Shown here piece after piece: positions 8,135 to 17,109 of a DNA stretch of 27,641 nucleotides. The notes beneath the pieces were generated by a model. It searched no databases and was not told where the DNA came from. It saw only the letters and a program-made list of their open reading frames with translations. The position numbers and the translations under genes are program-made. Source of the stretch: Hyphomicrobiales bacterium. Its GTDB lineage: Bacteria > Pseudomonadota > Alphaproteobacteria > Rhizobiales > Devosiaceae. Within the stretch, counting starts at the first letter, position 1, and each line of letters begins with the position of its first letter. Where the stretch lies: contig JALWTJ010000112.1 in assembly GCA_027082895.1 (NCBI GenBank), positions 1 to 27,641 of the forward strand, read 5' to 3'.

Positions 8135-9313
8135 ATGGATTACACCATCGATATTCCCGAAATGGGCGAGCCGCGGCTTCTGACCCCCGGTCCCCTGACC
8201 ACAGCCACCGCCACCAAGCAGGCCATGCTGAAGGACTGGGGGTCATGGGACGGCGATTTTCGCCAGATGACGGCCCGCATGCGCAAGAACCTGCTCGCCC
8301 TGATCGGTGACCGGGAAGGGGCGTTTGACTGCGTGCCCATGCAGGGCAGTGGCACCTTTGTCGTCGAAGCCATGCTCGGCTCGCTCCTGCCCCGCACCAG
8401 CAAGACGCTGGTTCTGGCCAACGGTGCCTATGGACAACGCATCGCGCGCACCCTGACCTATCTTGGGCGGGACCATGTCACCATCGACAAGGGGGACTAT
8501 CTGCCCCCGCGCGCCGACGAGGTAAGCGCAGCCCTTGCAGCGGATTCCGCCATCACCCATGTGGTGGTGGTGCATTGCGAAACCAGTTCGGGCATTCTCA
8601 ACCCCATCGAAGAAATCGCGCAGGCCGTGCACGCGGCGGGCCGCAAACTTCTGATCGATTCCATGAGCGCCTTCGGGGCCATCGACCTTGATTGCAACGC
8701 CATTCCCTATGAAGCCATCGTCTCATCTGCCAACAAGTGCATCGAGGGCGTTCCCGGTTTCGGTTTCGTCATCGCCCGCAAGGCGGCCCTGGAAGCGGCG
8801 GCGGGCAATGCCCATTCCCTGTCCCTGGATCTGCATGATCAGTGGCAGGTGATGAACGAAACCGGCCAGTGGCGTTTCACCCCGCCGACCCATGTGGTGG
8901 CCGCCTTTCTTGCCGCCCTCGACCTGCACGAGAGGGAAGGGGGCGTTGCAGCCCGCGGCGCCCGTTATGCCGCCAATCGTGATGTGCTGGTGGCCGGCAT
9001 GCGCAGGCTGGGCTTTGAAACCCTGCTTGATGCACGCTGGCTGTCGCCCATCATCGTCACCTTTTTCAATCCGGCCGATACCCGTTTCGCGTTTCCCCGA
9101 TTCTATGACCTGATGAAGGACAAGGGCTTCATCATCTATCCGGGCAAGCTCACGGTGGTGGACAGTTTCCGTATCGGCTGCATCGGTAATCTGGATGCAG
9201 CACTGATGCAGCAGGTTGTCACGGCCGCCGCCGAAGCGCTCCGCAAAATGGGTGTGGACAGTGCCCGTCCCCCCGAAAAGGCATTGCGTGAACGGGCCAT
9301 CCTGGCCGCCTGA
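8135..9313 (+). CDS. phnW: 2-aminoethylphosphonate--pyruvate transaminase
   Basis: [36 protein letters not shown] lysine in [30 protein letters not shown]. Confidence 0.95.
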   Translation: MDYTIDIPEMGEPRLLTPGPLTTATATKQAMLKDWGSWDGDFRQMTARMRKNLLALIGDREGAFDCVPMQGSGTFVVEAMLGSLLPRTSKTLVLANGAYGQRIARTLTYLGRDHVTIDKGDYLPPRADEVSAALAADSAITHVVVVHCETSSGILNPIEEIAQAVHAAGRKLLIDSMSAFGAIDLDCNAIPYEAIVSSANKCIEGVPGFGFVIARKAALEAAAGNAHSLSLDLHDQWQVMNETGQWRFTPPTHVVAAFLAALDLHEREGGVAARGARYAANRDVLVAGMRRLGFETLLDARWLSPIIVTFFNPADTRFAFPRFYDLMKDKGFIIYPGKLTVVDSFRIGCIGNLDAALMQQVVTAAAEALRKMGVDSARPPEKALRERAILAA

Positions 9314-9362
9314 CCCGCCCTGCGTGTCACTCTTTCCAACACACAACCAGAGGAATATTTCC

Positions 9363-10211
9363 ATGACCCAATTCAACGAATTCACCTGGCAGCGCAGCTA
9401 TCGGGGCGGCGTCAAGGCGCTGGTGCTGGACTGGAGCGGCACCCTTGCCGACGCCTATGTCATCGCCCCGGCGGTGGTGTTCGTCGAAGTGTTTGCCAAG
9501 CAGGGGGTGGAGATTTCCATGCTCGAGGCGCGCGGCCCCATGGGATTGCGCAAGGATCTGCATATCAAGAAGCTGACCGAGGATCCGGTAATTGCCGAGC
9601 GCTGGAAACAGGTCAAGGGTGCCTATCCGACCCAGAAGGACGTGGACGCCATGTTCGCGGATTTCGTGCCCGCCCAACTGGCTTGCCTGAAGAAATACAC
9701 CGCCCTTTTGCCCGGGGTGAAGGACGTGATGCTGCGCCTGCAGGCGCGTGGCATCAAGATCGGGGCTTCCACCGGCTTCATCCGCTCCATGGTGGATGTG
9801 CTGCTCAAGGACTGTATCGCGCAAGGCTTCACCCCCGATGCAACCGTTGCCGGTGACGAGGTGGTCCACGGCGCCCGTCCGGCCCCCCACATGGTCTATC
9901 GCAATCTGGACCTGATGGGTATTGATCCCATCCAGTCCGTAGTCAAGGTGGACGATACCGCATCGGGCGTCGGGGAAGCCCTGAACGCAGGCTGCTGGGG
10001 GGTGGGCGTGGTGCGCTACTCCAACTACATGAACATCAATTCCCTTGAAGAGGCCGAACAGCTCGACGATGCGGAAATTGCCCGGCGCATGGATCATACG
10101 CGGGACATTCTGCTCAAGACCGGCGCTCACTATGTGATCGACAGTCTGGCCGATATCGAACCGGTGATCGAGGATATCAACGCACGTCTGGCCCGCGGCG
10201 AACGGCCCTGA
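9363..10211 (+). CDS. phnX: Phosphonoacetaldehyde hydrolase (phosphonatase, HAD family; 282 aa)
   Basis: DWSGT nucleophile motif, Schiff-base lysine in PMGLRKDLHI, KVDDT motif; ATG 9363 after GAGGA; directly downstream of phnW. Confidence 0.93.
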   Translation: MTQFNEFTWQRSYRGGVKALVLDWSGTLADAYVIAPAVVFVEVFAKQGVEISMLEARGPMGLRKDLHIKKLTEDPVIAERWKQVKGAYPTQKDVDAMFADFVPAQLACLKKYTALLPGVKDVMLRLQARGIKIGASTGFIRSMVDVLLKDCIAQGFTPDATVAGDEVVHGARPAPHMVYRNLDLMGIDPIQSVVKVDDTASGVGEALNAGCWGVGVVRYSNYMNINSLEEAEQLDDAEIARRMDHTRDILLKTGAHYVIDSLADIEPVIEDINARLARGERP

Positions 10212-10441
10212 CGGTTTCCTGCCTTTCCATGGCATCGGTTCCACCGGACCGTGGGGGGGAGAGGGAAAATGTTGGGGGCAGGCAGAACGTTTCTGCTGCA
10301 CCCGAAAAATTGCGGGGCGCGCCTGTAAAAGGCCGCCCCCATGATTTTTCACTCACCCCTTGATAATTCATATCATGCCGCCCTGCATCACGGTGCAGGT
10401 AATACCAGAGTCTCTGGTGCTCCCCGTCCGGCGCGGCAATG

Positions 10442-12133
10442 TTATTGGGCGGCCTTCTCTTCCCGATTGTCCATCTCTTCCACCAGCCGGGTTTCCAGCA
10501 ACTGGCCATTCTTGTACAGGATCGGGTAGGCCACGGCTGCGATCTGGGAATTCAGATCCTTCAGGGCCCGCAGGGTTTCCAGATGAATGTCGCTGCTTTC
10601 AAAGCTCTCCTCCAGCCCCTCGCGCAGGCGTTTGAGATGCTTCTTGCGGCTCTTGTGTTCCTTGCTGGCCATGTTGGCCTTTTCTTCCATCAGCAGCCGC
10701 GCACTTTCCAGATCTTCGGACAACAGCACGTTGAACGCCAGGGTCATGTTGGCCATGACCCGCTCATGCAGCCCCAGAAGTTCCTGCCACCCAGCCTTGG
10801 AAAATTTCAGGTGCTTGCGCTTCTTTTCCGCAGCAAGCTGCATCAGTTTTTTTGAAATGATGTCCCCGGCCACTTCCAGGTTGATGGCATATTCGGTCAG
10901 TTCGCGGGCGTGGCGTGCCTCCGATTTTGTCATGCGTTCCCGCGGAATAGCGGCCACATAGCGCCGGATATCGCTCAGGGCTTCGTTGACCTCCTTGTCC
11001 AGATCCCGGATGAATTCCATCTGTTCGGTGTCCCCGCTCTGGTAAAGCTCCATCACCGGGCGCGCCATCATTTCCACGATTTCCCCCATCCGGAGAATTT
11101 CCCGCGTCAGGCTGGCGAGGGCCATTTGCGGATTGTTGATCACCCGATGGTCAAGGGCGCTCACCGGCTTCATCCGCTCCCCGTCTTTTTCCGCCACCGG
11201 GTCGGAAGGCAGAAGGGAAAAGACCGGCTTTTCCAGAAGGCTGACGAAAGGCAGGGCGGAAATCAGCAACAGGATGTTGAAGGCCAGGTGAACCGAAACC
11301 AGGGTCTGCCCGTCGCCGAACCCGCGGAACAGGCCCAGAACCGGCGTGTTGTTGACGATCAGCAGGGCGATGATGGCGCCGATTCCGCGCAGGATCAGGT
11401 TGCCCAGCGGCACCCGGCGTGCATCCACCGCCATTCCCCGGGACAGCCAGATGGGCAGGGTGGCACTGCCCAGATTGGCCCCCAGGATCAGCGAAACTCC
11501 GGCCCCCACCGGCAGCGCCCCCAGGGACACGAAGGTAACGAACATCAGGATCGCGGCCACGCTGGAATGCATGACGAAGGTCACCGCCGCCCCCACGAGG
11601 AAAGCGGTAACATAGTCCGAGCGCAGATATTCGGCGATGGCCGGCAGGAAGTCCCCGTCCCGGATCGGGCCCATGGCCTCCCCGATCAGGCGCAGCGCCA
11701 GCAGGATCAGGGCCACGCCCAGCAGGATACGCCCCACCTGCCGGAGCACGGGGCCCTCTACCTTCAGGAACAGATAGCCGCCCGCCGCCAGCAGCAGCGG
11801 GATCATCCAGGACAGCTTGAACGACAATATCTGGATGACCAGCGCCGAGCCCACATCGGCCCCCAGCACCACCGACAGCCCCCCGGTGAAGGAGAGCAGC
11901 CCGCTGCCGGCAAAACCGGACGCCAGAAGGGCCGCGGCCGTGGCGCTCTGCAGGATGATCGCCAGCAGCACTCCGGCAAAGGCCGTCTGCAACCGGTTTT
12001 CGCGCCGGGCGGTGATGATGCGGCGGAAGCTGGAGCCCATGGACCGCTCGATGCCCGTCTGCACCATGCGCACGGCAAACAGCAGCAGCATGGTGGCGCC
12101 GGCCAGATTGAGAATGAAAATGAGTGTCGTCAC
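10442..12133 (-). CDS. Na/Pi cotransporter family protein (NptA/YjbB-like) with C-terminal PhoU-like region
   Basis: Repeated QSATA / LGADVGS and HSSVA / LGANLGS motifs, N-terminal TM helices and helical C-terminus; GTG start with AAGGAG RBS. Confidence 0.9.
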   Translation of the reverse strand: MTTLIFILNLAGATMLLLFAVRMVQTGIERSMGSSFRRIITARRENRLQTAFAGVLLAIILQSATAAALLASGFAGSGLLSFTGGLSVVLGADVGSALVIQILSFKLSWMIPLLLAAGGYLFLKVEGPVLRQVGRILLGVALILLALRLIGEAMGPIRDGDFLPAIAEYLRSDYVTAFLVGAAVTFVMHSSVAAILMFVTFVSLGALPVGAGVSLILGANLGSATLPIWLSRGMAVDARRVPLGNLILRGIGAIIALLIVNNTPVLGLFRGFGDGQTLVSVHLAFNILLLISALPFVSLLEKPVFSLLPSDPVAEKDGERMKPVSALDHRVINNPQMALASLTREILRMGEIVEMMARPVMELYQSGDTEQMEFIRDLDKEVNEALSDIRRYVAAIPRERMTKSEARHARELTEYAINLEVAGDIISKKLMQLAAEKKRKHLKFSKAGWQELLGLHERVMANMTLAFNVLLSEDLESARLLMEEKANMASKEHKSRKKHLKRLREGLEESFESSDIHLETLRALKDLNSQIAAVAYPILYKNGQLLETRLVEEMDNREEKAAQ

Positions 12134-12158
12134 GATATCTCCTTGCGGGCCAACCGGC

Positions 12159-12980
12159 TCACTTCCCCTTTTTCTTTTTCTCTGCGGCCACCAGTACCTT
12201 CACCTTCCAGCGTTCCATGGCGCGCGCAAATTTCTCGGGCAGGGGCTTGTCGCAAACCAGATAGTCCACTTCGTTGGGGGCGCAGGACACCATGGGCGCC
12301 GACTGGTCCAGCTTGGAATGGTCCACCGCCATGATGGTGTGGCGCGCCTGACGCACATAGACCTGGGCCAGTTCGGCCTGGGACTGTTCGGACACCAGAA
12401 ATCCTTCCTCCGGGTCAATGGCCCGGGCGGAAAGGATGGCAAAATCGGCGCGGAACTTGGCCGCATATTTCTGTGTGGGGGTGCCGAAGGTGCCCCCGGT
12501 CTGCCCCTGCAGTTCACCGCCGGCCAGAAAGACCCTGTTCCCCCTCCGGGTCATCAGGGTCTGGGCAACGGTCATGGAATTGGTGACAATGGTCAGGTTG
12601 TGCGCATGGCGCAGCGCCTCGGCAACAAACACGCTGGTGGAACCCGTATCCATGAACAGCGTCGCCCCGTCGTCAATCAGGGATGCGGTCCGTTCAGCAA
12701 TCGCGCGCTTGGCATCGGCCCTCTCCCCGATGCGTTTGTGCAAGGCGGTAAGGGCAAGATCACTGCCCAGATAGACCCCGCCATGGACCCGGGAAACCCG
12801 TCCCTCCCGGGACAGTTTTTTCACTGTCCGGCGGATTGTTTCTTCCGACACTTTCATGGTATCGGCAAGATGGCTTGTCCTGGCAGACCCCCCAAGACGC
12901 TGCAGGGTTTCCAGCAGTTCAAGCGCGCGGTGAGTCTTGCCGCCTTCTCGTCGTTTCTGTTCCTGTTCCACTTTGACCAT
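12159..12980 (-). CDS. DeoR/GlpR-family transcriptional regulator
   Basis: HTH VSEETIRRTVKKL...RVHGGV; sensor motifs AKRAIA, FMDTGSTS, IVTNS, LAGG, DHSK. Confidence 0.9.
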   Translation of the reverse strand: MVKVEQEQKRREGGKTHRALELLETLQRLGGSARTSHLADTMKVSEETIRRTVKKLSREGRVSRVHGGVYLGSDLALTALHKRIGERADAKRAIAERTASLIDDGATLFMDTGSTSVFVAEALRHAHNLTIVTNSMTVAQTLMTRRGNRVFLAGGELQGQTGGTFGTPTQKYAAKFRADFAILSARAIDPEEGFLVSEQSQAELAQVYVRQARHTIMAVDHSKLDQSAPMVSCAPNEVDYLVCDKPLPEKFARAMERWKVKVLVAAEKKKKGK

Positions 12981-13005
12981 GGGGCTGCATAAATCACGAA
13001 TGGAT

Positions 13006-13077
13006 AAAAATCCACACTAAACGTGCGTTTTCAGGGAAAATTGATTAATTTTCCGGACGTTTTTGTGGGTTTTTGTG
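13006..13077. promoter_or_regulatory. Operator-like motifs in the DeoR / PMH divergent spacer
   Basis: Dyad GGAAAATT-N4-AATTTTCC (13035-13054); direct repeat TTTTTGTG at 13060 and 13070; AAAAATCCACA at 13006 is a near-inverted copy of TGTGGGTTTTT at 13064. Confidence 0.45.
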
Positions 13078-13116
13078 TGTTTCAGCAGGTGCGCCGCCTT
13101 TTTCCGGGAGAAAATC

Positions 13117-14682
13117 ATGTCCGAAACCCGCTCGCCCCGTTCCGGCAGGAAAGTCCTGTTCATCATCATTGACCAGTTGCGGGCCGATTGCATCCATGGC
13201 CGTCTGGCCGATCATGTGAATCTGCCCAACATTGCGGCCCTGCAATCTGAAGCCATGAGCTTTGATGCCCATTTCTCGGTAACCAACCCGTGCGGTCCTT
13301 CCCGGGCCAGCATTTTCACCGGCCTTTATGCCATGAATCATCGCTCCATACGCAACGGCACGCCCCTTGACGGCAACAGGACCAACGTTGCCCTGGAAGC
13401 GCGCAAGGCCGGATACGACCCGCTATTGTATGGCTATTCCGATACCACCATGGACCCGCGGTTCTTCCACCCCATGGACCCCCAGTTGCACAGCGAGGAG
13501 CGGGTCCTGCCGGGCCTGCGTGAAATGCTCGAAATGCGCTATCTGGAAAGCTACCCCTGGCGCGCCCATCTGGTGGCACGGGGCTATGATGTTCCCGACT
13601 ATTCCCGTTTCTACGAATCCGTCTCCCCCGACCCGGACCGACCGGCCCGTCCGGACGATCCGCCCTTTTACCGGGCCGAGGACAGCGATACCGCCTTTCT
13701 CGCCGACAAAGTGCTGGAGGATCTGGCGGTTCGCCGCCATCAGGACTGGTTTGCCCTTGTCACTTTCCTGCGCCCCCATCCTCCCTTCGTGGCCCCGGCG
13801 CCCTATAACAGGATGTATGACCCCGCCCGGCTGCCCCTTCCCATCGGCCTGCCCACCCGGCAGGAGGAAGCCGCCGTTCACCCCTTCATGAAGGCCGCCC
13901 TTGTGGCCCCGTCCATGGTTCAGACGGTCAAGGGCTGCGATGGGCAGATCGAAAACGGCAATGTTGAAGACATTCAGACCCTGCGTTCCATCTATCTGGG
14001 GCTGGCAACGGAGGTGGACCGGCATGTGGGCCGGATCATCGATTTCCTCAAGGACTCCGGACAATATGACGACACGCTGATTTTCCTGATGGCGGACCAC
14101 GGGGAAATGCTGGGCGATCATCATATGTGGGGAAAACAGAACCCTTACGAAGCCGCCTACCGGGTACCCCTGATCATCCGGCATCCCGACATGAAGGACG
14201 GGCACGGAACGCGGACGGACATGTTCACCGAGTCGGTGGATATCATGCCCACCATTCTGGAGTGCCTGGGCCGTCCGGTCCCTGCCGGGTGCGATGGCCG
14301 ATCGCTTCTGCCCCTGTTGCGGGGGGAACAGCCGGCAGACTGGCGTGACGCTGTGCATATGGAACTGGATTTTGGCGAACCGGATCAGGATACTCCGTGG
14401 CAACAGGCCACCGGCTGTTCACTGGACGAGGCCAATCTGGCCATCCTGCGTGAAAAACGCTTCAAGCTGGTCCATTTCAACGGAGGGCTGCCGCCCTTGC
14501 TGTTCGATCTGGAAACGGATCCGGACGAACTGCACGATCTGGCCGCAGATCCCGCCCATACCCCGCAGCTCTTGCGCCTGACGCGAAAACTGCTCAGCCT
14601 GCGCATGCACCACGCCGACCGGACTCTGGCCAATGTGCGCATAACTCCGCAGGGTGCCGTGAACTTTCACGATGGAACCTGA
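13117..14682 (+). CDS. Phosphonate monoester hydrolase / phosphodiesterase (PMH/PehA family, alkaline phosphatase-sulfatase superfamily), cytoplasmic, 521 aa
   Basis: DQLRAD metal motif, CGPSR formylglycine motif, TGLYAMNHR, GYSDTTMDPR, RPHPP, DHGEMLGDH, WGK and C-terminal HADRTL resemble Rhizobium/Burkholderia PMH; no signal peptide; ATG 13117 with GGGAG RBS. Confidence 0.8.
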   Translation: MSETRSPRSGRKVLFIIIDQLRADCIHGRLADHVNLPNIAALQSEAMSFDAHFSVTNPCGPSRASIFTGLYAMNHRSIRNGTPLDGNRTNVALEARKAGYDPLLYGYSDTTMDPRFFHPMDPQLHSEERVLPGLREMLEMRYLESYPWRAHLVARGYDVPDYSRFYESVSPDPDRPARPDDPPFYRAEDSDTAFLADKVLEDLAVRRHQDWFALVTFLRPHPPFVAPAPYNRMYDPARLPLPIGLPTRQEEAAVHPFMKAALVAPSMVQTVKGCDGQIENGNVEDIQTLRSIYLGLATEVDRHVGRIIDFLKDSGQYDDTLIFLMADHGEMLGDHHMWGKQNPYEAAYRVPLIIRHPDMKDGHGTRTDMFTESVDIMPTILECLGRPVPAGCDGRSLLPLLRGEQPADWRDAVHMELDFGEPDQDTPWQQATGCSLDEANLAILREKRFKLVHFNGGLPPLLFDLETDPDELHDLAADPAHTPQLLRLTRKLLSLRMHHADRTLANVRITPQGAVNFHDGT

Positions 14683-14959
14683 CACATGCTGTCAGACGGG
14701 CCCGGTTAGGGGGCACCTCTGATGGGAAAGGCAGGCGGGGTAGTGCGGAGGCGAATGGCAGACAGGCATGCACAACCGGAAAGGCGTGGGAGAAGAGAGA
14801 GGAACGCGCGCGCCGGGGCGATAGGACGGCATGCCCGCCGAATTTCCAGCCCGGCAGGCCGCCGCCCCGTTCATGGCTGACATTGCCATGCGGCCCCAAA
14901 TGCTCGTGGTCGCCCCTTTGACCTGAGCGGAAAGGTGTACGCGTCCGGCTGAACAGGCC

Positions 14960-16096
14960 CTATTTGCCCTTTGACCCGGGCTTGCTCTTTGGCTTGGTCT
15001 TTCCCTTGTTCTTGCCGGATGCCTTGGCCTTTTCAGCCTTTGCCGTCGCCGCATGCCGCTTGTCGCTGCGCTCCTTGGCCGCCGCGTCCTCCGCTTCGAA
15101 AACTTCGACCAGCTCCTGCCAGCGATGGCAGGCCACATTGTGCTGATGGGCCGCATGATCCAGAAGCGGCTCCTCGGTACGGCACCGGTCGATCGCAAAA
15201 CGGCACCGGGTCTGGAACTTGCAGCCCGGCGGCGGATTGGTGGGGGAGGGGATTTCCCCCTCCAGCTTGTCCACCACGCTGTCATCATCCGGATCAAGGG
15301 ACGGAATGGCCGACAGCAATGCCCGCGTATAGGGGTGGCGTGGATTGGCGAACAGTTCCCGCGTTGGCGCCGTTTCCACCAGCCGCCCCAGATACATCAC
15401 CGCCACATGATCGCACACATGGGCGACCACGCTCAGATCGTGGCTGATGAACAGGAAGGTCAGCCCCATTTCCTGCTGGATATCCTTGAGCAGGTTGAGT
15501 ACGTCCGCCTGAATGGATACATCCAGCGCCGCCACGCTTTCGTCCGCTACCACGAAGCGCGGACGTGACACCAGCGCCCGGGCAATGGAGATGCGCTGCC
15601 GCTGCCCGCCCGAAAATGCGTGGGGGAAGCGGCGCAGATGTTCCAGATTGAGGCGGCACTTGGCGGCAATTTCGCGCACCCGTTCGTCCGTTTCCGCCTT
15701 TGACGCGGTAATGCCCATTACTTCCAGCGGTTCGGCTATGATGTCCCGAACCGTCATGCGCGGGCTCAGGGCCGCGTAAGGATCCTGAAAGATCAGTTGC
15801 GCACGGGTGCGATAGTCCTTGAGATCACCCTTTTCGATGGCCGCCAGATCATACTTCTTTTCCCCATCATCATAGGTCAGGTCGCCCCGCGTGATCGGTA
15901 CCGCCCGCAGCAACGCCCGCCCCAGCGTTGTCTTGCCGGAGCCGGATTCCCCCACCAGTCCGAAGAAACTGCCCTTTTCGATGTCCAGATCGACACCCTC
16001 GACAGCGCGCACGACGGGTTTCTTGCCCAATCCACCCCCGCGTACGCCAAAGTGAACCGAAAGATCGCGAACTGAAATTAGCGGCGTATCACTCAT
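14960..16096 (-). CDS. Opp/Dpp-type ABC transporter ATP-binding protein (DppF-like) with Lys-rich C-terminal tail
   Basis: [28 protein letters not shown] and C-terminal Cys motif GCKF..RC...C...C. Confidence 0.92.
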   Translation of the reverse strand: MSDTPLISVRDLSVHFGVRGGGLGKKPVVRAVEGVDLDIEKGSFFGLVGESGSGKTTLGRALLRAVPITRGDLTYDDGEKKYDLAAIEKGDLKDYRTRAQLIFQDPYAALSPRMTVRDIIAEPLEVMGITASKAETDERVREIAAKCRLNLEHLRRFPHAFSGGQRQRISIARALVSRPRFVVADESVAALDVSIQADVLNLLKDIQQEMGLTFLFISHDLSVVAHVCDHVAVMYLGRLVETAPTRELFANPRHPYTRALLSAIPSLDPDDDSVVDKLEGEIPSPTNPPPGCKFQTRCRFAIDRCRTEEPLLDHAAHQHNVACHRWQELVEVFEAEDAAAKERSDKRHAATAKAEKAKASGKNKGKTKPKSKPGSKGK

Positions 16097-17109
16097 GTGG
16101 TCTTGGTTCCCTGATCATTGTTGGCCGGATCCAGCAGATGGCAGGCCACCTGATGCCCTTCCCGGGTCTGGGTAAACTGTGGAATGTCTCTGGCACAGCG
16201 TCCCTGAATGACCACCGGGCACCGAGTATGAAACACACAGCCGGAGGGCCGTTCCAGCGGTGAGGGGATATCCCCGGGGATCGGCACCAGCGGCTTGTCC
16301 AGATCGTCCAGCTGCGGCAGGGCGGCAATCAGCCCTTGCGTGTAGGGATGTCCGGGATTGCGGATCACTTCCCGGACCGGCCCCTGTTCCACCAGTCTCC
16401 CCAGATACATCACGGCCACCTTGTCGGCGGTCTGCGCGATCACGCCCAGATCGTGGGTGATGAAAATGATCCCCATGTGGAAATCCTTCACCAGATCCTT
16501 CATCAGGTCGATCACCTGCGCCTGAATGGTCACGTCCAGGGCCGTCGTGGGTTCGTCCGCAATCAGCAGTTTGGGCTTGGTCGAAAGGGCCATGGCGATC
16601 ATGGCGCGCTGGCGCATGCCCCCCGACAATTCGAAGGCAAACTGCCTGAAGCGGGTGCTGGCATCCGAGATTCCCACCCGCGCCAGCATTTCGATGGAAA
16701 GCTCCGTCGCCTGCCTGGTGGTCATGTCGGAATGGATCTGCAACTGTTCCACCATCTGGTCGCCGATGGAGATGGCCGGGGCAAAGCTGGCCATGGGCTC
16801 CTGGAAGATCATCGAGATCGCCCCGCCGCGCACCACCTTGAGGTCGCTGGAGGTCTTCAGGGACATGATGTCCACCGGTCCGTCTTCCAGATGCAGGGTG
16901 ATCCGGGTCTGCTCCCCATATACCGCATTGCTCGGATTCAGCTTCATCAGGGATTTGGCGGTTACCGATTTTCCGGAACCGCTTTCCCCGACGAGTCCCA
17001 TGACCTCACCCTGCTCCAGGGAAAAGGACACATCGTCCACCGCCGTGATCCGCCCCTCGTCCGTATCGAACTGAAGATTGAGATGTTCAACGTCTATAAG
17101 CCGGCTCAT
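16093..17109 (-). CDS. Opp/Dpp-type ABC transporter ATP-binding protein (DppD-like)
   Basis: GESGSGKS, LSGGMRQR, ADEPTTALDVT; ATGA overlap with the next gene. Confidence 0.92.
   Translation of the reverse strand: MSRLIDVEHLNLQFDTDEGRITAVDDVSFSLEQGEVMGLVGESGSGKSVTAKSLMKLNPSNAVYGEQTRITLHLEDGPVDIMSLKTSSDLKVVRGGAISMIFQEPMASFAPAISIGDQMVEQLQIHSDMTTRQATELSIEMLARVGISDASTRFRQFAFELSGGMRQRAMIAMALSTKPKLLIADEPTTALDVTIQAQVIDLMKDLVKDFHMGIIFITHDLGVIAQTADKVAVMYLGRLVEQGPVREVIRNPGHPYTQGLIAALPQLDDLDKPLVPIPGDIPSPLERPSGCVFHTRCPVVIQGRCARDIPQFTQTREGHQVACHLLDPANNDQGTKTT

Noticed and set aside
10339-10409. Cluster of short palindromes between phnX and the Na/Pi gene (TGATA-N5-TATCA, CCTGCA-N6-TGCAGG, ACCAGAG-T-CTCTGGT)
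   Set aside because: Short arms in a convergent 3' spacer, most simply termination or stability hairpins or chance.
10910-12992. Plus-strand ORFs of 474 aa and 391 aa
   Set aside because: Fully overlap the well-supported Na/Pi and DeoR genes on the opposite strand.
13117-14682. Arylsulfatase or choline sulfatase call
   Set aside because: The CxPxR motif is shared, but the DQ metal site, MNHR, GY..T..DPR and HADRTL segments fit the PMH clade better.
14594-15297. Minus-strand ORFs 14594-14899 and 14692-15297 across the PMH / ABC spacer
   Set aside because: Low-complexity Arg/Pro/Ala composition, overlap with real genes, no RBS.
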